DNA of 63,222 nt, the filler included, from Perkinsus chesapeaki ATCC PRA-425 (lineage: Eukaryota > Protista > Perkinsozoa), in NCBI GenBank assembly GCA_013115145.1. It is 5 parts of 5 records of this genome, joined end to end, with 100 filler letters (N's around TTAATTAATTAA, not from the genome) between each part and the next. Parts side by side here need not be neighbours in the genome. Positions count along the whole stretch, not along the records: positions 1 to 24,470 come from JAAPAO010000542.1; positions 24,571 to 56,091 come from JAAPAO010000418.1; 3 more parts are not named here. The stretch is one strand, 5' to 3'. Every line of letters starts with the position of its first letter. Position 1 is the first letter of the stretch. The notes under the pieces are model-generated. The model worked only from the letters and a program-made list of their open reading frames with translations. It was not told the origin of the DNA and made no database searches. Made by a program: the position numbers and the translations under genes. This document shows positions 12,805 to 24,798 of this stretch, piece by piece.

Positions 12805-15800
12805 ATGGATGAATTTCGCGGAGAAGCGATCGTATCGGATGCCAGCAGCTCGGCGGCGAGTGACATGGAAAATCATAAGTTTCGTCGAAGAAGTGAAGGA
12901 GCGAACGGCGCAACGAATGCAGGAAATGATGAGCTCGATGATGACGTGCCGATTGTGGATTACCATCCGGTTGAGGCCGTCGATCTCCGGAAAGTTCTGA
13001 CCACTGAGGAGGCAACTGCTGTGAAATTTACCAAGGACAAGCTGGTAGCATTGAAAATAGGAGTGTTCTGTTTACACTACTGCCGGCAGTTGATCGGTAC
13101 GGCTCTCGGGTCGATATATGCCTTCGATGGGCATGGAGAGTTGGTGGGGTCATGGAGGAACCATACCAAAGCGGTGAGAAGGAGGGGCTCAGTTGTTAGA
13201 GGATTTCGAGGAACGGGAATTTATTGATGCATATTTTGGTCGTTGGTCGAAAAATTGGCGGAATCTTCCACCGGAAGGCTTTCTAGAAGCTTACCTCACA
13301 TTACTTCGACCGGCCGAAATGTGTCCATATTATAACTGCGGATAGCCCCTCTACACATTCTCGTCCAATGCTGAATATTTGCTGTTGGCAAGACTCGCGG
13401 TTTTCTCCATATCATTGATTTGCGGGAAAATTACTGGGAAAAGGCAGTGATGGATCTCAGGGACGATTCGGGATCGAAGGTATCCCGACGGAAAGGCTAT
13501 CTTAAGAGCGTTGAAAAATCTGCTGTTGTTACGATTCGAATGATTATTGGTGATTAATGAGTAGTCCATCTTCTACGATCTCTCATATCTCCGGTGACAG
13601 AAGGGGAGTGTTACTGTTGTTGTTTGTTATCAGGTTTCTTGCATCGATACGGATTATACAGAGAAGTACGTAGCGAGCTGTTCAGAGGATGCATCGGTAG
13701 TATCTGCGGGAAAGGGGGCAACTGAGGTTTGATGAGGAGGGAACAGAGAAGGAGGGGAAAGAGGTTCAATTTGATACACTGTGGCTGCTGACACTCCTTG
13801 CAACCACTGTATGCCAGTGGCCTCCGTTCACATTGACATTAGGGAGTAATGGTGGAACGTCGAGAACTGTTGGGCTCAAAAGGAATATGTTGGATGTTCC
13901 CACTTTTTATGCGACCTATTCCCTATCACACTCTCCATTAGTAAGAGCGTTCGACTCTGTATTGTACGTGATTGAGCGCAGCAGCACAGTTAACCGTGAA
14001 CCGTGCTCTTACAGTCTGTCGGTAGAAGTCGCAGTGCCTCATGCAGGCACCTGAAATGTTCCCCGGGGGAACATGTTTTGCGCCTCCGGAGGAGGCGGGA
14101 ACATTTCCTGGTAGAGTTGGTTAGGAACATTAGTTAGGAACATTGGTTAGGAAGCTGTTCCCAGGAGAATTAAAGTTTACGCCACAAGTTTATAAAAATA
14201 TGCAGCAACCGTACCATTGATGCCATCTTATCTCGCACTTGGCATTGATTATGATGTATTACCAAAATATTACTCCTCCCACTTTGACGTTTCTTAGGTA
14301 TGTGTTGTTGCACTAAAACCGACTCCAGATGGCAGCCGAATAACAGCCACAATGGACCTTTCAATCAATAGTAATGCTACTAGGACAGCATCAACCACTC
14401 ATTTGTTTCATGACCAGGTCAAGACCAACCAGCGCTGGTATCTCGGCCACTCCGAGCAGTTGCCATCAACCCTCTCTATGGCTCCAGTAATATGACCGCT
14501 CCCGGTCAAAATTTATCTGAACTCTTACTGGGATAAAATGCTCCGAATCGGCCTATATCCTTTGTTCTAGGTGGAAAGCGATCAGTAGTTTTTGGAGGAG
14601 AGGATTACAAGCTCGTCATGACGAAGCGAGGCACGTTATTCAATAATAATTCGATTTTGCATTCGGGTGGGGCAGAAGGTATCTTGTCGATGGTCTATTT
14701 CGATGTTTGCAGGAGAAGGCACGATAACCTGTATTAAATGGATTAACAACATGGTTGCTTGGACGAATCTCAAGGGAATGAAAGTAGACAATTTCGTGGC
14801 GCAGTGACTATCGCGTGGTGGTGGTAGATTTATGATGTGGCGTCCAAGCATAAAGTGACATTCCTGCCTCGGCCGATTCTCGATGAATCTGTCAACAGCC
14901 ACGCGGCAGCCTTGTCAGCGAAGAGTAATGCTAGCCGGTCCGGGAAATCTTATGATTTTCCAGTTGCGTGGCTCACTGAGGAGTTGATAGCGTTGAGCTG
15001 GGGGCCGGTCGTCAGAGTTTGCCGTCTTCTGGCGACGCGGGTTGATAGTCCTGGGCAGTCTGGAAAAGGAACGATCATTCGATACGCTCAGGTGGTTCAC
15101 TTGCTGTCATTTCAACCTCAAGATACGCCGTTGAGTGTTCAGGTCATCGGTGCATTTTCGTTCACGGCTGATGTAACAGTGAGGGGGATTGGCCTGTTCG
15201 ATAGAGGAGAAGGTGAAATCTGCGTCACGCGCCACAGAATTAGCTCTCAGGTATTCCTAGCACCTCTGATGATTTCATGTCGACAACACAATTGTCATTA
15301 TTGACGTGCCCAGTCGAGGGCGTTAAAGTTGGAGAGGATAAGGCCGCTGAATCCGGTAGTGGTCGGGTGGGCTGCAAAATAATTTAGCTTTTATTTGGGA
15401 ACAAAGCGCAGTTAGTTACTCAGTTGAAATACAAAGTGACTGCCAGTTAGTAATTTCTGTGTAAAAACACCTTATCGCCACTGTCACCGTGGGTTGGTAC
15501 TTTTTGAGGTATAGTTGTATTATGTACTATGAATCCTTAGACTGACTCGAATGGGTACTACTACCACACTGCGCTTGTCATAGACGTCCCACTGAACGCC
15601 TATTTTCCCGTGGCTTTCGTCGGGACGGGTAGTGAATTCGATCATACGGATCTGTACGGGGCAATGCTCGGAGCTGTGTTATCTTCTCGTGGCGAGATTG
15701 TCGTAGTCCTTTTCTCTCGTAATACAGTAGGCGTACGTTCGAAGTTTCCCTTCTCAGATGTATCCAACTCATTAGTCCATCATGTGGTTAACCTTAAAGG

Positions 15801-18800
15801 CGAGGCTGCTTTCTCGGATAGGGTAAGTGACTTCAGTCCGCAGGGGGCTTGATTGTTGCCACTTCTTGTACACTTCATTTCGAGCTTTTTGCAGGTGCCA
15901 CTAGTGTCGAAAGGAGACAGCCGCTGGGTTCTACCGCTCGAAACGGCATTAGCGTAAGCGAGGAATAGAGATTAAATACGAAGCTTCTCCGTGCAGATTC
16001 GCGCCGTCAACAACATCACAATCATCAGCAGTGCAGAGCCGACAATCGCTGGCTTTCGTGGTTACTCCAACTGAACTTGTTATGATCACTCGACGCTCAC
16101 TAATGGACCATGCGCTGTGGCTTATTGCCAAACGACAGTAGGGATAGCAAGTATAATAGGATTCCGTAGTGCTTGTGGCAGATTTGAGGAGGCTGTTGAA
16201 GTTTCGACGGCGATGGGGAATACTACGGCCATGGAGACTGTCATGAGTAGGTGAGCTGAAATTCAACTCTTGTTAGAAAAACATCTCATTTTTCATATCT
16301 CGTCCTCCGCTACCAACGTGGGACGCATGCTTTGCTACATGGTATTTCATGTACAACTGGCAGCAGTCTCCTAAAATGGTAAAGTTGTTTTATTCTCTTA
16401 TGTATAAGCCTTGTACTATAATGGCCGACCGATCTCCCGTAGGCAGTTTAAATGACGGAGTTAGTCCTCCCAGGTCTCTGCGGGAGAACAGTACAACGTA
16501 ACGTCAGTGTCGAACTGACCCGGTCGATCAGATGAAGAAAATCTGGGAATAGACTTCACTACTTTTGTTTAGCCATAGCATTCGCTTAGAGCGTATAGTA
16601 CAATCTTTCCCGCTGCCGTGTAGAATTGCTGAAGTTGGTTCGATTATATATAAAAACTATTATACCCTTATCCATATTGTATGCCTATGAGTGTAACCAG
16701 TGACCGTCATCCGCCGAAGGTAGAATGTAGCGTGTATGATACGCGGTGTATCCCCAAATACGGACTTTCGACTCCATGATCATGACGTCTTGATCATGGA
16801 ATCGCTTCTACTAAGAAAGCTCCTTGTGGGAAGTGGCCTCTAACAAGCTTATGTACGACGCAGACATCCATACCGACCTGCCGCGGTTTGCTACGGTAGA
16901 TAATCTACCGTAGACCAACTACCTATCAAAAACTAACTATGCAAACTTGAAAGTAGTTTGGCTGTTGGAAACTCGTCATAGACATCGACCGTCATAGAGA
17001 TCGCAGGGAGAGTTCCGGCAGCGTTCGAGATCCTGGATTGGCGGCAGCTTAGCGTTGCTATGCATGACATTGTCATGATGACAATGTGGCTTACTTGTCA
17101 TACAGATCGTCTATTTTACCGTGATCAACTTCAGCGATGATCACTAGGAAATTATTTAATATTGGCCTACTTTACGATTGCCGAAGATTCCCGAAGCTCG
17201 GCCGCTTGATCCGGACCCACTGGATCACTTTTATATCAGGAGGATGTGACGGAGCCAAAGTGCTTGTGTATTGAGGTCACACACTTCACACTTAACTTCG
17301 TTTCCCAAAACGTTTGAGTGGTTTGCCCAACCCAACGAAATCTCTTTTGTGTCTGAAAGATGCTACCGCTCAAAGATCCGTATGTGGTCTCATAACGAGG
17401 AGACTAGCTCATGTTAGGAGGCTTACCTAGCTGCTAACCTCTTACTGCTACTAACTCTAACTTGGATTCTAATCCAAATCTCCCAGCTCTAACGAATCGT
17501 AGAGATTTTGGTCTATTCTCAGGTTCCGCATTACAGCCCCTATTGAGCGACAAAGAGTACCACAGAGCAGCTACACTTACTTCTCTAATTGATAGCGGGA
17601 AGCACGGGTAACAAAAAAGTCCCGTGCGTGGGAATCGAACCTGCGTCTCAGGAAAATATGGAGATCGATTGCTGAGGAGTTCGAGGCTCACAATGCGCTG
17701 CAGTATTTGGTTGCATACTTACCATTGGATATCCAAGTAGCCGAGGACAGCGGGCTGTTGGAGGGTGAAATCTACGATAAAACCATTACAAGGTAGGAGT
17801 CAAGCCTGGAACATATTCATAAGATGCTATCAGAAATGTATTAGAAAGTGCTAAGTGGTTCACTGTGTGGACCAGTTACAGCGTTTGTAATGGTTCTCAA
17901 ATATATGACTGCTTTTGCCCCTGAGCGAAATTTCTGCCTGCAATTTCCGCCGTCATTCCGTATTTCAAAATTACTACAGAACTTCCGTCGTAACAATTAA
18001 TCCATAACTAGTGAATACAGATGGTCCGATGATTGTATATTGGGGAAGTTGGATGGTATTTATTTTTCATTAATAACGACTGGGTTTTTGCGTCTTTGCC
18101 GGCTCTGTATACCCTATTTGTTAGTGATGATTGTTCCTCTCTCAGTGTTATAATACATCAGCCCACTCGACTGCTGCCTTTACTTCAACGTTGGCCACGA
18201 GAACTCTACTCCGAGTCTCGTATAGTGAAACTCATCGGAGAGGTCATCCCTGAGGTGAGCACCTGTTGATCTGTCCACACTATTATAACCATCAGCATTG
18301 GACTGTGAATTGGTCCTTGGTCCATCATCCTCCACCAGAAGAGACCGGTGGTGATGACATTGATCGTGATGACGAACAAGATGATGAAGATGACGTATTG
18401 AAACTGGACCCTACTAAAGAAAGAGGTATCAAAGCACCTGAACAATAATACACTTGTTGTTCTCGTCACTCCGGTGTTTACGTTGTACCACTGTCATGTT
18501 GGTGATATTACCGCCATATGGATTCGCACAATTTATAAATCTATATTGGCAGGCATATTCGTATATGTAATACGCATACCACTTCAACCCCTTACACTCT
18601 TATTACACCGAACTTATACGACGCCCGCGAGCGGGAGAAGGTATACATTTATACGCTACTATTTGTCCTTTCTACAAGGTTTTCTCAGCAGTCGGCGGTG
18701 GGTGAGAAATTTTGAGTCCGGTTTTCGTGTTGATATATTATACCATCTAATACTGCATTATATCATATTTCTCCTACTGTCGCTTATCGTGTATGAGATG

Positions 18801-21800
18801 CCCTCTCCTCACCACTCCCTGCATTGGATTCGGGAAAATAAGCCTCAGTGAGAGTTTGCAGAATTTTTTTTCTGATTTCCCGGTCATGTCGTACAAACGA
18901 AACACGGTGCTTGTTTGAGGCTAGTAGGGAGATTCCGTGAATAATACACATTCATTAACGTATTTCTTATTTTATCGGGCGGCAGCACTCCTCTTTTCAA
19001 CAGACCAGGATCAAGTAGCCAGTATAGGAGTATAGCTGCGGGCCCAGTAACTCGTCTTGATGCTATTATTGTTAATATTAATTATACAGATGAAACTAAT
19101 AGCTTCTAACCAATGACGGGGGGAGTTATTCTACCTATTAACTGTAGTGGTTATATTATTGTATTTTATATACCACCTGTTGTTGCTACAATGTTGTACT
19201 TGTATCGGTATAATAAATGTGTGTTATTTCAGAGCATTACGTGCCCCTTCTCCTGGCCCTACGGTACATCTATACTAGATCGTCTGATTTGAGCAATCTA
19301 TTAGCAACAGATCTGAGACTGGGGGATACGGCGGCGATATTCAAGTGAGTCACTCTGACCCAGCTACCATTGCCCCTTTAACGTCAGCAAGTGTTGCTTG
19401 TTTGATAGATCTCGAGTTGTTCGTTTTACGTCTTGAGTGCTCTTTGACCAAATTAACAGCTCCACAGATTGAAGGTTTAAATGATTCGCAATTACTTTCC
19501 GAAGTGGCAAAGGAACTATGGGATGATATAAATGATTACTAAAAGTGAAACTACACTCCCCTCACTGCAACGTTCTCATTTCTATTCAACGACCTGTGTA
19601 ATTCCTTGTTTTAGTATCATCTCCGACTCCACCAAGCTGCAGTCCTCCGTAGCAGTTCGCCAATGGGTGTCGCGTCACCTGCTGACGTTATTCCGGACAA
19701 ATCCAATGGCAACCTGTTCGGTTATGGCTGATAATATCGTACGTATGCAACGTCACGCGCCACTTAATTGCATTGACTTCAGGCGTTGTTTCCTGTGGGA
19801 TCTGTAGTGGAAACTCTAGACGGCGAGCCAACTTTACTGCATTGTTATCTCAAGTATTTACTCATCACCAGAGACCAGCCAGCTGTTTGTAAGCCATAGA
19901 TAGGGTTACTCAGAAACGCTTCTAGGGTGGAGATGTAGAAATTCTGATAGAAAAAGGGGAATTTGAGTGGGCGGGACTGCCTTCTAAGACGCTCTTCAAT
20001 GGAGACTCTGTGACTGGAGAATACGCTCGTCAGATACTCGATTCTTGAGCTGTTTGTTTGCCCTCGGTGATTCAAGATGTCCTTTCTTTTTCAGGTATGC
20101 CCTATTTAAACAGAATGGTTGATCTTTTCCTCCAATACGAGCCACAGTCTCTCATCAAACTGCTCCGCCAAATTGTCTTGCTCGGATGCAACTTCGATAC
20201 AGCTAGTCATCCTCCTGGTTCCTATGTTGACTTTAAGAAAGTATTGCAAAAATGTGGGTATCTTAGGTTGAACCTTGCAAGATAGGATAGAGGTCGTTAG
20301 GTAACGTGCATCCTCAAGCTGAAGGCTCCTTACGAGAAAGTCGAGCGTACTTGATGTGGCATTTGGGTCGCACCCAAGAAGCTCTGTCGGTTCTCTTGGA
20401 CGAGTCTGCCGGTGATATGTAAGTATCCCTTTCCGGTGAAGCTCATACCGTACTTTCGTTTCATCACCATGGTTTGCATCATCACGGAGTCATCTAACTT
20501 CCTTGAGATGTGCTCCTCAGTGATTGAGGAATATCCCTGAGGTGTAGTTTGAAAATTTCGTTAGGAAATGTTCCTATCCCGAAAGGAAGCATGCAAAGCA
20601 TTCCTTCTGGGCTGTCTAACATTCGAGGTTCCTTCGTGCTTCCTTGTATAATCATGTATACTTGTTATCTGATAATCTTCATAATAGACTATTATTAATA
20701 GTTAGCCATCTACTGATTGTACTCCAGTATAGCTAACCTTTTGCTGAGTATGATCATATACTTGGCCGATTCCTCACAAACGCCTTGCGCCTCTCCATGC
20801 AGTGCCCTCTACTGGAAGTGATACTGGCATTGTTGCTTGGACATTCGTCGAACTTCCACGGGAAAAGGTGTAGATTCAGCAGCTAAAGCCTTCAATACTT
20901 TAACATTTGTCCCGTGCTGTTGCCAGCCTAATGTATGATACATTAGGCTGAACGTTTTGGTGATACATTAGTTTTGGTGAACTCGGGCGAGGGATTGCTG
21001 TATTTGCTGCCACATTTACACGTATTTAAAAGAATGGCATCTTTCCGCACTCAGGGCCCTCGCCGTGGATTTCGTAGCGCCTTTAAGAGACGTCTCTCTC
21101 TGGCGTAAAGTCGTCGACTTTGCCATTGACCATCCCGGCCTTCTTCCCCAACTCCTTCATGCAATAGATTATCACATCCAAGCCGAGGGTATCGATACCA
21201 TCCCACCAGAGGCTCGGTAAGTCCATTGAGTCTTGCTTGCACTTGGTATGTATCATTCAGACCGGCGCAGATTCTCAAGAGAGTACCGCAGGATTTTCTA
21301 GGGTGGCACGAGCTTGCTGATAGTGTTGTGTCCGCGCTGTCCCGATGTGATCTTGAAGTAAGGATCATGATCATGGAATCAATCGTCGTACTTTCGCTCA
21401 AGTCGAATATGAAGCCGCACCTACAGTTGACTGTATTAGATAACGGTTAGTGCAAAGCCTTCGTTATTAGAGAGATAACGTGTCGCACCGGTGACATTGT
21501 TATCCTGTTCCACGGTGTTGCCGATGGCATACACTAAACAGCTGGCTGTGATTCATACCGGTCATCCTTCTTATTTCAGTCTAGTCTGCTGTCATCTGAT
21601 AAAGATCTCCTCCGAGCCGAATTGACAACGATGAGCGATAAGAACAGGCGCCGTGCCCTTGGTGGAGTTGAAGTAGATTACAATGCGGCAAATACACGAT
21701 GTGAGGAGGATTGTCTTATTCCCTTCCAAGAGAACAGCGACCTTTGCTGTTCTCATTTCCCCGCCTTGCTTTCCCCACGGATCCAAAGATCACCGATATT

Positions 21801-22151
21801 TGCTTCAGATTTCTCTCTATCCACTGTCATAGAGAACACCTAGCCTAACTCGCTTTCAGGCTCTCTTTGCAAGCGTTTGATTCGAGAGCGTATCGAGCCC
21901 ACGTCACCCGAGCGCAGTCCTGAGGACGAACCATCGAGCCTCGGCGTCCCTGCAGATGCCGGAGTAGCTTCCTTATGTTAGCCTTCTCCTGCTAAGCGTC
22001 TTTCAGGCAATTTGCGTGGACGTCTACGGTCGCATCGCTCATGCTGTTTGTGCCCGAGAAGCGGATACGTCGATTGCTGGTACGCACGAAGCTGGCCTTG
22101 AAGCTTCTTTGTACTTTGTTGTTTGCAGGTGATTCCGAAACTGATGTATGA
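12805..22151 (+). CDS. VPS41: VPS41 HOPS-complex subunit, many exons
   Basis: Colinear matches: DVPIVDY..LIGTALGSIYAFDGHG; KWINNMVAWTNLKGMK|IYDV; WLTEELIALSWGPVVRVC; FVVTPTELV...DHALWLIAKRQ|FEEA; IWRSIAEEFEAHNALQYLVAYLP; YLNRMVDLFLQYEPQSLIKLLRQ; PAQILKRVP..ELADSVV; degenerate C-terminal RING (IAHAVC). Exact ends approximate. Confidence 0.85.
14053..14154. repeat. nested inverted repeats plus a 13-bp tandem repeat in a VPS41 intron
   Basis: GAAATGTTCCC (14053) and GGGAACATTTC (14097-14107) enclose ATGTTCCCC-G-GGGGAACAT and CGCCTCC-GGA-GGAGGCG; then (G/A)GTTAGGAACATT x2.7 at 14119-14154. Confidence 0.8.
17619..17651 (-). other. tRNA T-arm/B-box fragment in 44-nt VPS41 intron 17608-17651 (antisense to gene)
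   Basis: Minus strand CTGAGACGCAGGTTCGATTCCCACGCACGGGAC followed by TTTTTT. Confidence 0.7.
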
Positions 22152-22609
22152 CTAAGTTGCATTGCTAGTAAAATTGGTTGATATTTTTATCATTTCACAC
22201 CATCAGCTACCTGTGCTGCGTTGTTAAGCCCATCAATGTTGAATTCGCACTGTTTTCGCTAGGAATGAACTTTGCAAGTAAACTGCAGTAAGTGTCCATG
22301 CACAATGCATCGCTATACTTATATGTATTAACAATGAACAAGCGGAATAGTGCTAGGCTCTTGTGATTAAAGCGCCCCCATCGCATTTGGTATCCCCACC
22401 TTATCGAGATGCCACCTTATACCAGCCCAACAAAACAGCTACTTGACAATTAAACTGTGGGGTAGAGTAAATGAATACCACATGCCTCCACATGAGCATC
22501 TTCTACTTCGAAAAGGGCGGATAGGGCGCAATGGTTACACACTTCAAGCGATATGTGACTGTCCAACATAAAGCATGAGTTCGTTTGCCTTTAGTTGATG
22601 GCAGCTTGA

Positions 22610-23505
22610 ATGTGTGACCCTTTGTTGGCTTATTTTATTGATGAAGCTCATGAAGAATGGAGGAGACAGTTTTGCGTCGAACATCCAGAGTTGAGAGAAC
22701 GTGTTAAAAGAGAGGTGCAGATGGCGAACACAGGAGAGCGTATTTGGGTGAATGATAAAGATGAGTTGCCGAATTCGACACCAACAGGAAGAACAATAGA
22801 TATTCTCAAGGTAGGTTCGTTATGCAGTTACTGAATCATGCAGTCTCAGAGAGCACACAAAAGATGTCTCCTTCACTCACTGGAAGCGGGTTTCCTATCA
22901 GACCTCTCCACACTAGGAATGATTCTGTCTTGCTACATTTTTGCCCTTGAGAACGACTCTAGCACACGCGATGTTCCAAGTTCCCAGCACTAAACCTACG
23001 ACGGTTCTCGGAATCCCGGCGTTCAACCGCTCTTTACTACAGCCAAGATGACATTTAGTAGTCGCTACTACTGAACTGCCCTGCTAGGGTATTGCTGTGC
23101 AGTTGCGCATTTCTCACCTGGCTCGATTATCTGTAACCATTCATATCATTTATTGAAAGCGTTTATAATACTGATCTGATCACTCCCCTTCAGATGCGAG
23201 GCTCAGAGTTGCCGAGCCAGTTTACCAATCAAATGGAAGCGGTCGGTGAATGTCTATTTGGTACGGTTAAGTCGGGCACCACAGATATTGAGGTCACGTT
23301 TTCCACGTCGCGATGAGCATATTCGTCATAGGTTCCTTTACAGGTTCTGGCGTCGATTGCACATAATAAATGGATGGGAATGAACGCCTCGCTCAAGCCC
23401 GTCCAACCGCGGCTGTTTGTTCAATATGAGCAACTTGATGAGATTGAGAAGGAAAAAGATAGAGTTTTTGCCCGAATAGCTTTACGACTTGCTAGAGTTT
23501 CATAA
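22610..23505 (+). CDS. small multi-exon protein with RyR-repeat-like motif; start uncertain
   Basis: Last exon LASIAHNKW...LFVQYEQLDEIEKEKDRVFARIAL fits the RyR repeat pattern (H..W...LVPY..L.E.EKEKDR); first exon has a second IDEAHEEWRR motif. Confidence 0.5.
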
Positions 23506-23656
23506 AAGAGCTTCATTGCCGAGTTTTATAAGTAAACACAATAACTGTGGAGCAGCGGCAAAGCTCTACAAAAGAACGATGTAACCGCGAAAATAACAGC
23601 TCTCGACTTGACAGTGGAAAGGATCGCAGCGAACTCTCAACACCACCTTAGTGTTA

Positions 23657-24470
23657 TCATTGTTGTCCAAGGGCGAAGTTGGCTAGAAGGCCAAACAGAC
23701 TACCGATAAATATACCATTAATAAGAGCAAATCCCATAGTGTATCCGGCAACCTCTTGTTCGGCTTTGTCATGTGAAACCCTTTGTGGGCCATAAGCCAT
23801 AGCGAGTGTAATGCCAAAACCATTCGTAGCTGCAAACAACGCCATTTCTACATGTTTAAACCAGTCCATTGTAAAAGGTGCAGTTGTAGTTTGATATAGT
23901 GTAGTACAAATGAACAATGGGATGAATATTACTCGTAACCATATGAATAACATTAGCAGCTTCTGGGATAGGTTTAGACCAATAGAGGGAGCAAATCTAC
24001 CAACGGTGTCCAAGACTTGGAAGGTGTATATAACTTGTGGTACGAAACCTTTATTATTCGGATTAGATGAAGTCCAGTGGACGATTTGAGCTGGAAAAAT
24101 GACGAACGTTACAGCTAATCCACCCCATGCACAGATTGCCATAGGCAACACTTGTAATATTATTTTATAGACAGGGCGACGAGTCTGACGTACCAGAAGA
24201 GTATCATGTTTACGTTTCTCTTCGATCTTAAGTACTTCGGCCATGTAGGGATGTTTAGACGTACACACGCGGAACATCGGGACGATTGCCATAGACACAG
24301 CAGCAGGGATGATGCAGAAGATCAAGGTCTCCCATCCCTGAGAATTTGGTACAGAGGAAAATATAACTTCTATAAGAAGGTAACAAGGCCATGGAGTTAA
24401 ACCAGCAACACCCTCACCAATCATAGTGGACACCATACATATTTTAGGACAGAGGGCAGCAAGCCCAAAC
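23657..24470 (-). CDS. equilibrative nucleoside transporter (ENT/SLC29), 5' end lost in gap
   Basis: FGLAALCP..MIGEGVAG, FQVLDTVGRF, FAATNGFG, AGYTMGFAL..GIFIGS; frame stays open up to the N gap. Confidence 0.93.
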
Positions 24471-24798
24471 NNNNNNNNNNNNNNNNNNNNNNNNNNNNNN
24501 NNNNNNNNNNNNNNTTAATTAATTAANNNNNNNNNNNNNNNNNNNNNNNNNNNNNNNNNNNNNNNNNNNNCACTATCTGCACTATTCTATATCATGGCTG
24601 CATCGAGTTCCAGTAACACAGAAGACCAGCAGTTCCTTAACAGTATTGTACTATTATGGATAGATGGCTGATAGTGATACTGTTACAGTATTAGCGTAAG
24701 ATCTAACTTCACAAGAGCTTGTTGAAGTAGTATTACACTTATAATAATACCTATAGGTGTATAAGTATCCTTGAGCTGGCTTGAAGCTTTTATATATT

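Noticed and set aside
7963-22151. VTI1 near VPS41 as a trafficking gene cluster; also PP1, CaM-like, response regulator and PDE as a signalling cluster
   Set aside because: Unrelated genes intervene and there is no evidence of co-regulation; compatible with chance.
24471-24570. TTAATTAATTAA palindrome inside N runs (also in the three other gaps)
   Set aside because: Assembly linker placing stops in all six frames; not biological.
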